From NCBI RefSeq assembly GCF_009914755.1, contig NC_060940.1: a DNA stretch of 64,000 nt; one strand, given 5' to 3'. Both the position numbers and the translations under genes were made by a program. This document shows positions 1-62,211 of this stretch, piece by piece (within the stretch, counting starts at the first letter, position 1; each line of letters opens with the position of its first letter). This stretch comes from the human T2T-CHM13v2.0 reference genome, Homo sapiens. Under the pieces are notes generated by a model, which ran no database searches, was not told the DNA's origin, and saw only the letters and a list, made by a program, of their open reading frames with translations.

Positions 1-423
1 TGGTTGCCCAGGGTCTGAGCCTGAGGAGAGGCAGAGCCACTCAGGGCTGGGAATGGGGGAGAAGCGACCCCCCGCATTTAGCCACCCCACCCCCACCTCC
101 TGGGAAACTGACCCTAGAGTGTTCAAGGTCGCCACTGTGGCCACCTGCCTTGGAGGAGTTCATGGGAAGCAGCCATGGGGAACCCTCCCGCCCCCACCAC
201 CCTGCCCTGGCTCCCTGGCCTGCTAACATGGGCTGGGGCTGCTGGGGTCCCAGACAATGGAGGGCAGCGTTTCTGAGCCTCCAGATGACAGTCCCAACCC
301 CGCAGCCCCAGCCGGGCTGGTGGGGAACTCTATACCCCCGACCCCTGGCCCCTGCTGAAAATGTGGAAAATGTGGACGAGTGAGTGAGCAGAGAACATGG
401 GCAAGGCCCGTCCTAGTGGCTCA

Positions 424-975
<552 letters not shown>

Positions 976-1477
976 TCAGGCAGCCCGAGGATGGGGGGAC
1001 CTGAACCCAACACACGGCAGAATAAGCATGTGTCCCTGCCCTTGGAAAACAAGATGGGAGAGGAGTGTGGTGGGTGCAGGGGACGTGGGGCATAGCAATG
1101 GAGCGAGGCTGAGAGAGAGACCAGGTACAGCAGGCGTGGGCTGAGTGCTGGGGTTGGGGTGGCGGGAGGGAACAGCGGTGCGGGCTGGGTGTAGGGGCCA
1201 GCCCTGGCTCCCGCAGGCCCCTGTCTGGGGCTCCTCCGGGCCACGGATTTCTCCAGGCCCCAGCCACAGCGCTCCTCGGCGTTCCTCCTTGACCCCAGCC
1301 CTGGTCCTCCTTCCTCCTCCTTCCTCCCCAGTCCAGCATCCACCCCTCACCGCCCCCGGGCTGTCCCAGGGCTTCCTCATTAAACCACCCGCACGGCCTG
1401 GGGCTCAGGCCTGGGACCGGGCTTCCAGAAGTCTCCTAGCACCCACTCCTCAGAGCTCGTAATGGTGCCTCCACCTA

Positions 1478-2000
<523 letters not shown>

Positions 2001-2478
2001 TGCTGCAGATTAGTGACCGATGGCCGTGTCCTGGCTGGGACAGTGTCCTCCGAGCCCACTGATGGCTTCCGCTCCCCAGCCCCGGGCCCTGGGAGGAGGA
2101 CCTCGGCTATGGTCCTTCTGGTGAGCAGGAACTGGGCAAGACCCCAGGGGAGTTCTTTCCTTTCTTGGGAAGCTCGTCCCAACCCCCCAGCCATGAATTA
2201 AACATAGGCAAGAGGTAACCGCACACCAGAGGGGTGCAATCTGTGGGCTCAAAGGGGGGTGGGCTGAGGCCGCACCTGCACGAGGAAAAGGGTGCCTTAG
2301 GAAAGTCTGTCTGGGCAGGGTCGGGGGCTGGGCCCAGCCCCGGTGCCCACCACCCTCACCCACGTGACTACAGGCCAGGGGGGGAGTGAGGCAGGAGGAG
2401 TCAAAGCAGGCGGGGACCAGAGCACGTGATGCCCTGGGCTGACTCCTCCAGTCCTGCTGGGATCACGTCCGCCTCTAG

Positions 2479-2925
<447 letters not shown>

Positions 2926-3029
2926 TAGGGGCTCAGGAGTTTCTTCTCCCTCAAACAGAAACCCAGCACCCTCAGGGTCACTGCGTGTGGGTCCTAGCAA
3001 TGCTTAATAGCTACCTGTTTTTTGATGTA

Positions 3030-5583
<2,554 letters not shown>

Positions 5584-5589
5584 CCATAT

Positions 5590-5926
5590 TAGTATGTTGA
5601 AGCCCTACCTCCATTACCTCCGTGTCACTGTATTTAGAGATAGGGTCTTTAAAGAGGTAATTAAAGTTAAATGAGGTCACTGGGGTGGGTCCTGATCCAG
5701 TCTGACTGGCCTCGTTATAAGAAGAGACACACAGAGGGAAGATCCTGTGAAGACACAGGGAGAAGGCGGCTGTAGACAAGCCAAGGAAAGAGGTCCTCAG
5801 AGGGAACCAACCCCCCGGCACCTTGATCCTGGCCTTTATGCCTCCAGAACTCTGAGAAAATACATTCTGTTTTTTAAGCCACCCAGTGTGTGGTACCTTG
5901 TATGGCAGTCCTAGCAAACGAATACA
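5590..5926 (+). mobile_element. ERVL-MaLR solo LTR (MLT1B/C-like)
   Basis: Typical MLT1 motifs: gtatttagagatagggtctttaaagaggtaattaaagttaaatgaggtc; cctccagaactctgagaaaatacattctgttttttaagccacccag; ends gcaaacgaataca. Confidence 0.85.
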
Positions 5927-5939
5927 GCCCTTACGCAAA

Positions 5940-8859
<2,920 letters not shown>

Positions 8860-9507
8860 TAGCTCTTCAAGGCTTACGGAAGTTGGTACCTTGTGGAACT
8901 AGGCTGGGGAGGTCTGGATGCCAGATGTTCTTCTGAGGTTGCTGTTCTTATAATTGCTGTATTCAAATATATCACCCAGTTGAGATGAAATGCCTAGAGC
9001 ACAGCTGCGGAGTGGGACCAGCTGGGCTGAGGAGGGAATGAAGTACAAACATCCAGCGATGTTCAGGGCCCTGAAGCAGCTGGGAAGCGCAGGCGTTCAA
9101 ATCACCAGAGGCATGGCTATATCAGCTCACATATCATGCACACAGATGCATGTCCTAGGCGTGGAAACAAAGCTCCCCAGACCATGGTTAACTCACCGCA
9201 TGCACCTGGAGTTCCATCTGCACCAAGGCGCCAGTGGTTACTTTTAGAAATAAACAAGTCACAATGAACACAGTTAAAAGATGTCAGCACTAGTGGCACT
9301 TGGGGACTCCAGCCCAGCTCCTGTCACAAGCAACTGGCCACCAGGTCCGGACCCACATCCTTTGCTCTTGGCCTACTGAGGTCATTCAGTTTTGCTCATC
9401 TCCCACAACCTGGAAACCCAAGGGGGCAGGCTGTGCAGCTCATCCTGGAAGAATAATAGAAGAGCAGCTGTCGTGCATGGAAAGATCGTGCAATGGGTCA
9501 AGTATTT

Positions 9508-10099
9508 AATTAATTATTTTTTGAGACAGGGCCTTGATCTGTCACCCAGGCTGGAGTGCAGTGGCGCGATCATGGCTCATTGCAGTCTTGAACTTCTGGG
9601 CTGAAGCGATCCTTTCACCTCAGCCTCCCGGGTAACTGGAACTATAGGCACGTACCACTCTACCTGGCTAATTTTTTTATTTTTGGTAGAGACGGGGTCT
9701 CCCTAAGTTGCCCAGGCTTGTCTTGAACTCCTGGGCTCAAGCGATCCTCCTGCCTCAGCCTCCCAAAGTGCTGGGATTACAGGCGTGAGCCACTGCGCCC
9801 GACCTGTTAATTTATTTTTTGAGACAGGGCCTTGATCTGTCACCCAGGCTGGAGTGCGGTGGCATGATCACGGCTCATTGCAGTCTTGAACTTCTGGGCT
9901 GAAGCGATCCTTTCACCTCTGCCTCCCGGGTAGCTAGTACTACAGGCACACACCACTATACCTGGCTAATTTTTTTATTTTTGGTAGAGACGGGGTCTCC
10001 CTAAGTTGCCCAGGCTGGTCTTGAACTCCTGGGCTCAAGAGATCCTCCCACCTTGGCCTCCCAGTGTTGGGATTACAGGCGTGAACCACCATGCCAGTC
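9508..10099 (-). mobile_element. Two tandem AluJ copies sharing private mutations inside one TSD pair
   Basis: Copies at ~9508-9804 and ~9807-10099; TSD tgggtcRagtattt at 9494-9507 and 10100-10113. Confidence 0.9.
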
Positions 10100-10669
10100 T
10101 GGGTCGAGTATTTTATATTCATTAGTTGAGTTTCATAACAACCCTATAAAGTAGGCATCACTGTCCATTTTAAAACAAGTAAACAGAGGCCTAGGAAAAG
10201 TAACCACCCAAGGTCCTACACACCAAGGAAGAGGCAATGCTGGCATTCAGACCCAGGCCAGTAAACCCAAAGCCCCATGCCCTTGACCCACCACAACAAT
10301 CTGGGATTCTGAGCTGCTTGAGTCAGGTGACACCCCAGATCTAAGCATCTGAAGGTCCCTAACTGTGGAGCCTTTCATGAGAACAAGCCACTGGAGGGTA
10401 AGCACACGTCGCTCTTCTCAAGGGAGGGTGTACTAAAGGAGCCTCATCTCACTCCCCCTGTGCCATGAAGGCCACACCAGGTGAGCACCCTTGGGAGGGA
10501 GACGCATAGCCTGACTGGGGTGCTAATGGGTCCCGGCACTGGGTTCTCCACATGAACAGTTGTGTGAATCCAGGAGGCTCAGATCACGTGCCACAGCGCC
10601 ACCTACTGGCCTGCGAACAACAACATCGTCCTGTTGTAAAGTCGGCAAACAATCATTTAAAAATTTTCA

Positions 10670-12901
<2,232 letters not shown>

Positions 12902-13342
12902 TTAGTGAACAGGTCAAGTCCAGGGACCAACTTGTGGATGGAAGCTGGTGTAGAAAAAGAGCACTGGTTGTTTCTCTCAGGGTTGTTTCCACAGGGTGAG
13001 AACACGACCCCCCTTGCTTTCCACACAAACCTGAGTGCACACGTGCCCGTGTGGAACATCAGGTGGCAGGTTCCTCCTGAGGTCAGCTGTAGGCAGATGG
13101 CCGGTCGGAATTTCAGGAGGTGGGAAGCTTTTACCCCCAGCCACTCCAGCGCTGCAGGGAGGGTAAGATAAACACCTACATCTTCTCTACCCCCGTCCCC
13201 AAATCCTCCCTCACACTGGTACACACAGGGAGGTACACACTCTCCTCTGCACGCTGTTTATGCTTTGTGGTGGCAAACACATTTAAGTCACTACAGATGA
13301 AGAACATTTCACAAGCAGCCGTGCAAGAGTAGTTAAAATGTG

Positions 13343-13348
13343 TTTATT
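13343..13348 (-). terminator. PDPR: PDPR distal polyadenylation signal AATAAA (cleavage about 13325)
   Basis: Minus strand reads gtttgtaaatgAATAAAcac, with UGUA just upstream and a GU-rich element downstream (ttgtgaaatgttcttcatctgtagtg). Confidence 0.75.
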
Positions 13349-14558
13349 CATTTACAAACCCAGTAACATGAGAAGAAACTCAGTGGAAACCTTGCTTGGT
13401 GGAGACAGTGCACAGTGTTAGTGCCACATTCACAGGGGCAGAAATGCTCGGTCACCCTGTGCACCCAAAGTCACCCAGGATCTCTAGAAAAGATCCCACT
13501 TACTGAAGTGCCTCGGATGTCTTCAGGGCCAGATTGTAACTACACAGGAACAGGGAAGGGCTAAGCTGAACTGCACACTGACAAACACAAACGATGAGTC
13601 ACAGGACTCTACAGTAGTTACAATGGCATTTTTATATGTCCCAAGTGTTGACTGGAGAGTAAAGTGTTAACTGAGCTGCTAGAACACCCTTCACTGAAAG
13701 AGCTTTCTACCCCACGCCCATTGTTCCGAAGAAGGAGAGGCTATGTGGGGCGGATGGGAACCCACACACCGAGATGAACTTTTCTCTTTCTTCCCATCTG
13801 CACCCACCATCTGACATTCTGGAGTGTAAGGCACTAGAACCTGGCTTAGAGAATAGTGGGGCTCTAAGCTCCAGTTCTTGGTGTGCAAAGGAAATTCTGA
13901 CATACATCTTTTGAAAGAGATGCTAAAAAACCCTCCCTATCTCCTGTAATTTCTGTCTTTGACAGACAGGAAAATAAGAAGGCAGAAGATGGTCTGCAAA
14001 GGATAAAAACAGGTGCATCTAAGAATGAGAAAAATGGCTCATGAAGAAATGTGTAACTCTCCAAGAGATGCAGACACTCTGCTCAGAGAAGTCAAGAACC
14101 ATAAACAACTCTTCATGTTTCATGGACAAAGGGAAGGCAAAGGCATACAAAAATACTCAGTTGTCTTGAAAAGTGTACTGGTAGTGATCAGGGCTACAAA
14201 GGCGAGCCCTGTACTGACAATGGAGGAGCCTTACAACTCAGCACCTTAAATTGTTGGCCTGAAGTGGTGGCGGGGAGGGAGGCGCTGACGGAGAGACCCA
14301 TGGCTCACCACTTATTGCGTGTACACAAGGCCTGGGGCAAGCCTCACAAGTCTACCATTTCTTCCACTCAACTGTGCTTCTCCTGAATCCATGTGCCTGA
14401 AATGACATATGCAAGGTGAACATTCTTTATACTGTGTTAATACTGCTTATATCAATGTTCGTGAGGGGTGTGTGGGGGATGGGGTGCAGCAGGAAAATTA
14501 GAATGGCAGGAGGTTCTTATTTATTATTAAGCACTGTTGACCAAACCTCTATCTTAGA

Positions 14559-14770
<212 letters not shown>

Positions 14771-17700
14771 TGACTACACTGGCCAAGAAGCAACAGAGAT
14801 ATAAAGCTGAATCTTGTAGCTAACCCCTGAAAGCAAGCCAACGCAAATTCCTCCGCCAGGCCAGTCTTCTAGGGCCAATATGGAGACTGTGGGCCACAGA
14901 AGATTCCCTTCTATTTCAGGTTCTCAAAAAGTGGTGTAGACTCAGGCAAATGCCAGGAAATGTGTCCATATGCCAGAGGAGACACAGAGCCAGAAATGAA
15001 GGCTATGGGTCCTGTCTTCAGTGAAACACTGAACGCTCTCGGAAAGCTCCCATCATTCTTGCATCGCTACTGCCACCAAGACGGTGGCAAGGGAGGAGGC
15101 TAACTTTCAAATGCATGCAACGGCAGGTAATATACTGTGGAAGCTGGAGGTTTACTTTTCATGTTTTAGTTACTTTCTTGCAAACAGCAGTCCAGGAAAG
15201 CAAGCAAGCAGGTAAAACTCCGGGTGTGCATGAGGAGATGATCCAAGGCCAGTGGGCCTCCCAGTGAGAACCAAACAGGAGTGGCCAGGCTCCACTCCTG
15301 GGGCCAGAGTGAAACCGGGGTTTAATCACTGGGCTATGTGGTCTCTGTGTCTCTGGCCTGAATGAGATCTCTTCAATGTCGGGGGACAGGGATCCCTGGA
15401 AGAGCGTGAAAAATACAGTGGTCACTGTGCAGTTCTCTCTGCTGGAGCCTGTCCTGCCATCATACAAGGTGCTGTGACAGCAATGCAAGGTGAAAGGAGA
15501 TCAAATGGCCCAGCTCAGCAGTTAGTGTTTGTCCCTTTTTGCTCTTCAGAGTTCCTGAATGAGAGCTTTTCTGGCTTCAGTACCAATGATCACAGAAGGA
15601 ACATCTTCCTGATGCAAGCTTAGATGGAAGTCAATGACCCTGGCAGTGCTAAGAACAGAAGTCACACGTGGCCTGACGATGAAGGGGAGGTAATTAAAGA
15701 CATTTCAAGGGAGGGGAAGGCCCACGGAAAACTGGCAACCCTGGGTCTCCGTTTGAGGCCAATATACTTTGTGTTCCTAGGTTCAGATGGCATACACCGA
15801 CAAGAGAAGGCAGAGACCATCCTTCGTGGTGAGCACAAAATGCTATGACAGGTAATTGCAGAGAGAAAAAAGCACCCAACTCTGTAAAGCCAAGTCCAGT
15901 CACCCATTCACAAGAGTCCAAAATCCTTCAAATCTCTAGGGACAGAAGACAAACGTGCTGCCCAGAATGAGCTGAGACACAAGGCAAACCCTTGGAAATG
16001 ACACATGGATGAGGAGGCTGTGGTTGTCCCTCCTTATTCCTGCTGGATTTGCAGCCACGGCTCTGGATCTGGGGCATCTACTGGCCTCCCCTGTTCACTC
16101 AAGAGGCCACTGCCTCTCAGGAGTCCAGAATGCTCTGATATCTGACACCAGTGGTCAGGAAGTTATGCTGCCCTCTCCTCTTGAACAGCTAAGATGCTTG
16201 GACACTAGACAGAGGCAAAGCAGTTATGCCAGAAGCAGGGGAGAGTCATTCACTGTCAGATCTGTCTGTTCAAAGAGCTCACATTAGACCAATCACAGAA
16301 AACCACCAGACTCACACAGCTTGTATTTGAATGAACCAGGAGAGACTTCAAGGATCAACTCTAAAGTGCTAGAAGAGAAATCTGTGTTTGGGGCACTGAA
16401 TAAACAAGTGATGTCCTAGAAGATCAACACCCCATCAGTCTTAGGAGTATGACCCTATTCATGGACAAGGGGTTTCAATGGACAGCCTGAGTGCTCAGCC
16501 CCCCATCCTCCTCTCCTAGCAAGACAAGCAGTCTGTTGCTCAGAGGGGGAAACTGATGTCATTTAACAGGAGGTCAGGATTTCTGGTTCTACTTCAACAA
16601 ACAGTGCATAATTTTGGACACAGCATCAGATTTCCTGACTTCTTACAAAGGACAGCTAATTAAAAACGTGTCAATCTGTAGTAATTAGTTGGAGATTAAC
16701 AAGGGCAGAAGAGAATCCAAGTCTTAAAACTCTATGTGGGATACATTTCTGATGAAGCTTCTATTTGACTAATATACTGTGATGATGGCACTATTCGATT
16801 TTAAACTATGGAGACAGCTTTTATTATTTCGATTTGGATCCTGGTAAGTGGTGATACTGCTATGTAACAGTTAAAGCACAAATGTATTGCCATAGTTAAG
16901 GTTGAAGAGTTATGTCTATGTGTAACTAAATTCTTCTGGATTCAATTACAAATACGTTTTCCTTTACAAAGATGGCTTTGGAGGGGTGCAAATGCTACGT
17001 GTTTGGAAGAGCAGAGGAGGCCTGCAGCTCTCAGTCACCTGTCTCCATCTTCGGAGGTAAGTCTGCTCCCTGCTGGTAATGCCTGCATCTGCCCAAGGGC
17101 CTGTTCCTCCTCTCCCAAGGCCTTCACAGCTGGTGTTCACTGGTTGGCCCTCCAGCCGGCAACACCTCTCCTCCTCTCTGCCTAGAGGCAGCATCTCTCG
17201 GCTAGTTAAGTACATACTTGCTCCAAGACAACTAGACCCCCAAACAGAATTCTAATCATATGCTCCTCTAACAAGCCAACCAGAACCTTCCAAAAAGGTG
17301 GGCACTAAAGTCAGTAATCACTAGGAGTGGTCTAGTTGGGGAAGTGGCAAGAAATGTCTAGAAGGAGCCAGCGTAAGTGGGTAAACAGAGATCCCAAAGA
17401 AACACCAGAGAAGGCAGACACCTGAGCATTTTAAGCTGCTCTAATGAAATGGAAGGATGTCCCTTAATACACTTATAGACCTATCAGAGCTAATGCTTCC
17501 AAGATACCAACACGCCAAAGGCTAGAGTTTTACTAACCAAAATGTCTTATAGCAGTTTATTTGCACTTAAAAAAAGTCAGATTAGGGCAGTTGATATGCA
17601 AGGGGAAAATGAAGCATTGAGGCTGGACAACAGTCCATGATATCTAAGTTTCACCTTGGGAAAACAGAGACACTGCCTGAAAGCGCAGGGCACTTCTGGG

Positions 17701-18979
17701 CACCCACATTGTCTCCTGCTCCAGAGGATATGGAAGGGTGGGTGGAGGAAAACAAAGAGCCTGGGGGGAAAGGAGGAAAAGCGGTCTCTAGCCTTATGCA
17801 ACGTACACCCTTTGGACTCAGAACTCTCAGTGGACTAACGTGGGTCACCTCTGTGTAGCTCTGCTCTGTGCTGGAGAGTCAAACCTGGAATTCCGGCAGC
17901 TCTCTGGAACTCAGCACAGCCCGCAAGGTTGAAAGGCCCAGGACAACACACCTGATCCCTTCCCCTCCCTATTCTAAAGGGAGAGAAACATGACTTTATG
18001 GGCCAACTGTGAAAGGGACAAGTGAGGCTGACCTGACAAAGTCAAACGCACTGGGAGAAGGGGAAGGAGGAACGGCTGAACTTTGGACAGCTGAGAGAAA
18101 AGCAGCATTGTTTCCATAGCAGAACACTCAGCATCACTGGTGGGGACTTTCTAAGGTCAGACCCTTTTGACTGGGAAAAGCAACACACAAGGCAACATGG
18201 TTTTTCCCTTTCAAACACTGTGGCTTACTTGTTTACTCAACTAAGAAAGAAAAAGCAACCTTATTATAGAGATTAGCAAGAGATGAAGAAAATTATAGGG
18301 AGGCTGCCCTGGCCCAAAGGTCTGCTAATGGCTTCTGCAGGGAGGATGAGGATGGTGCTAGGTTAACTGCTTGTCTCCACTACAGACCAGAGAACGTCCA
18401 TGCGATGCCTCTTATCAGTGAGGTAGATGATCATCCTCTTGCCAGAGGTATCGAGTGCCAGCCCACAGCACAGCAGAACAGGAGAACGAGCTGCCGGGCT
18501 GCAGGCACGAGCTGCCCCTCAGGGCTGCATCCGACACACGGCAACCCCACCAGAACTAATAGGCTGCTCCAAGAAAATGGAACCCAAGGGAGAGGGACTC
18601 ATGCCCTGAGACCTGCACCACCCCGGCTTGCCCTGCCTTGAGATGCAGAATTTGAAAGCAGCTGTCACCATCACTCATGTCCACAGTGGAGCTTGCTTCT
18701 GTCCTGTCAGACATACCTCCTGCCACCACGAGCAGCTGAGTGAGGGGTGGGAAGGGAAGAAGAGCCCAGAGTGAATATTAGGAGGAGGAGGTGGAAGGGC
18801 AAGGAAGGCTGCAGAGCAAAAAAGTTTAAAGTAGGTCAAGTTCAAAATTATATCAAGGAGATAAGAGATGGGAGGCAAAGGCTCCAGAAGAGGAACAGAG
18901 GCGGAAGGAAGAGAAGCTCCAAGGTGACGCCCACTCTAGGACAAGATGATGGGGAGGAGGTGAGGCTGCCCTGGTGGCA

Positions 18980-55379
<36,400 letters not shown>

Positions 55380-55522
55380 GTCTCTCACCAACTAGATCTC
55401 AGGAACTCAAACTAGACAGAGAAACCAAACATATTTCATGCCATTCAACTCAGTGCATGGGATTAATGAGAAAGGGATTTGACAAAGAACGATAGCCATT
55501 CATTCAGCAAATATTTGAGGGT

Positions 55523-56580
<1,058 letters not shown>

Positions 56581-57732
56581 TATAAAAACAGAGTCGACTT
56601 CCTAGGCTCAAGTGATCCTCCCACCTTGGTCTCCCAAAGTGCTGAGATTACAGGCATGAACCATTGCCCTTGGACAAGGCAGGGTTTTAACAAACTTAAT
56701 CTATCAGCAAAACAGATGACTGTTCAAGTTTCAAGAAACTGAAGAAGAAAGCACCTACTGGCTGTCCACGCAGTCATGTGTACAGGAGGATGAGGACTTT
56801 GAGACGAGAGGCGGTAGACAAGGGGGCCTCAGGGCAGCTCACTGCTAGTCATCTCCTTACCGCCTCCACTGCCAGCCACAGGACCCACAGATGCTCCACA
56901 GTCAGCCCAAATTGTCCAAGGCCAAGGTATCTATGTCCATCCATCAGAATTGCAACCAATGCAAGCACAGACTATGTCCAGACAGACATCCCATCCAACT
57001 GGAGACAAATTGTCTTGGCCACCTTGTGGTTGCCACCATGCCTCTCATCCCTGGTCCCTGTTAAGCACCATCTCAAAACAGAAGCTTCTCTACCCGGCTA
57101 GTCTTTACATAATCTCATCTCTACGTGACCAATTTATTTCCCGTGGCCCAAGCTCTCTTTGCTTTCCTCTCCTTCAAGCTCCTCTACTGCACCCTCTAGA
57201 ATACCTTTCCCAAAGGTAAACACCCACCCCTTTGCTGACATCCTCTCTACCCTCTGTCCCAATGGCAACACAGCTCTCCTGGGGAACTGCTGCTGCCAAA
57301 TGGCCAGCCCCGTCCCATTGACCTCACTGTCAACCTCCTGGCTTCTGACCCGTGACCACTCGGTTATACTTGAAAACTGTCCTGCTCCTTGGTGGCTTAG
57401 GCTAGCACATGTTAAGCCACAGGCAGACCTCTGTCTGTATTCAGGTTCAGAGCCCAGCTATTCCTCTCTCAACCTTCAATTTCACCTCCTTTCTTCCCTC
57501 ATTCTAAGCAGATAACCTGGCTCATCTCATTCCCTGAAACCCTTCCTATAGACCCACTTGCATCTGCAACCATCTCTTCCTTCCTTCTTTTATCCACTGG
57601 AAAGTTAATCTCCCCCAAGGGCCCTGGATCCCACTTCCTCCTCTCTTCTCTTGACCCTAGCTCCATCAACTGCTGTCTCTCTTTCCTGTACCTGCAAGGT
57701 TTCCCTCCGTTTTTGCTCCTTTTCCTCAGCAA

Positions 57733-60928
<3,196 letters not shown>

Positions 60929-60977
60929 GCCCAGGGTGCTTGGCGCCAAAAAAGGGATCTCTGACCTTGTGTTCATT

Positions 60978-61245
60978 ATGACCTTCAAAAGAGTGAAGTG
61001 GTGAGGGCATGAGGGCAGAGGAAAAGAAGGGCTTAAGACAACGAAGGAAAAGAAGGCACCAGAGTCTAGTGCCTTTGCCGCCAAACCTAAGCCTATAAGG
61101 TTGGCAGCAAAACCAAAGCACAAACTGATAGCAAAGGAGGTAAAGCCAGGGGAGAAGAAACTGAAGACGTCAAAGACAGAAATGAAGCACATCATCTGGT
61201 TTAAAACAAATGATAGAGTTTTCACAGTTCTGGAAAATGACCGTA
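60978..61245 (+). pseudogene. Possible highly degenerate HMGN-like (or histone H1-tail-like) processed pseudogene
   Basis: The frame from ATG 60978 reads [62 protein letters not shown]. It resembles the HMGN N-terminus as I recall it (HMGN3 [36 protein letters not shown]). Confidence 0.3.
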
Positions 61246-61421
61246 TAATATTCTCTGCTAAGAAGAATAACTTCTGCTAAACAACCATAAGACTGCAGCT
61301 GGCTCTACTCAGATCTGCTTATTCCAACAAGACCAAGGTGCTAGTTCTAACTTCAAGTAGTCCCTCTGTATGGCTGCAGCGTTGCGCACAGTGGACTGCC
61401 GGTCACAAGGAAGACTGGATG

Positions 61422-61590
61422 AGCGTGGGTTCACACATTTCCCACACTTGCCTCAGCAAAAGAACCACCTGGGACACTTGTTTAAAAATGACAGATTCCC
61501 ACGGTCCACCTCGGCAGATTCTGATCCTGCCACGCCAGGGAGCTGTATTTTTCAACAAGTACACCAGGTGATCACGCAAGTTTAAGAAAT
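61422..61590. mobile_element. MER5A1-like DNA transposon fossil, followed by an Alu (+, ~61602-61917)
   Basis: aagaaccacctgggacacttgtttaaaaatgacagattccc...tgtatttttcaacaagtacaccaggtgatc. Confidence 0.7.
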
Positions 61591-61620
61591 TAGCACAAGT
61601 TGGCCGGGCGCAGTGGCTCA

Positions 61621-62054
<434 letters not shown>

Positions 62055-62099
62055 TCACACATCGGCCCCCAAAGGTCAAACATTAAGAAGGAAGCTTAC

Positions 62100-62211
62100 T
62101 GCCCTGTCCCAGACTTTTCTAGGTGACTTCTTCCTCCGGACTCTGCAGCAGTCTTACTAGTTCTGAAAGCACAAGCGGACCGCACGTCTCAACGCGGGAA
62201 AACAGTTCCAT
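62100..62211 (-). other. PDPR: PDPR non-coding exon 2 (alternative acceptors at 62211 and 62162)
   Basis: tccctgcag acceptor before 62211, gctttcag acceptor before 62162, GTAAGC donor at 62099. Confidence 0.6.

Noticed and set aside
15159-15921. 81-109-aa ORFs inside the PDPR 3' UTR
   Set aside because: No recognisable domain or splice structure; lengths are compatible with chance. Ribo-seq would be needed.
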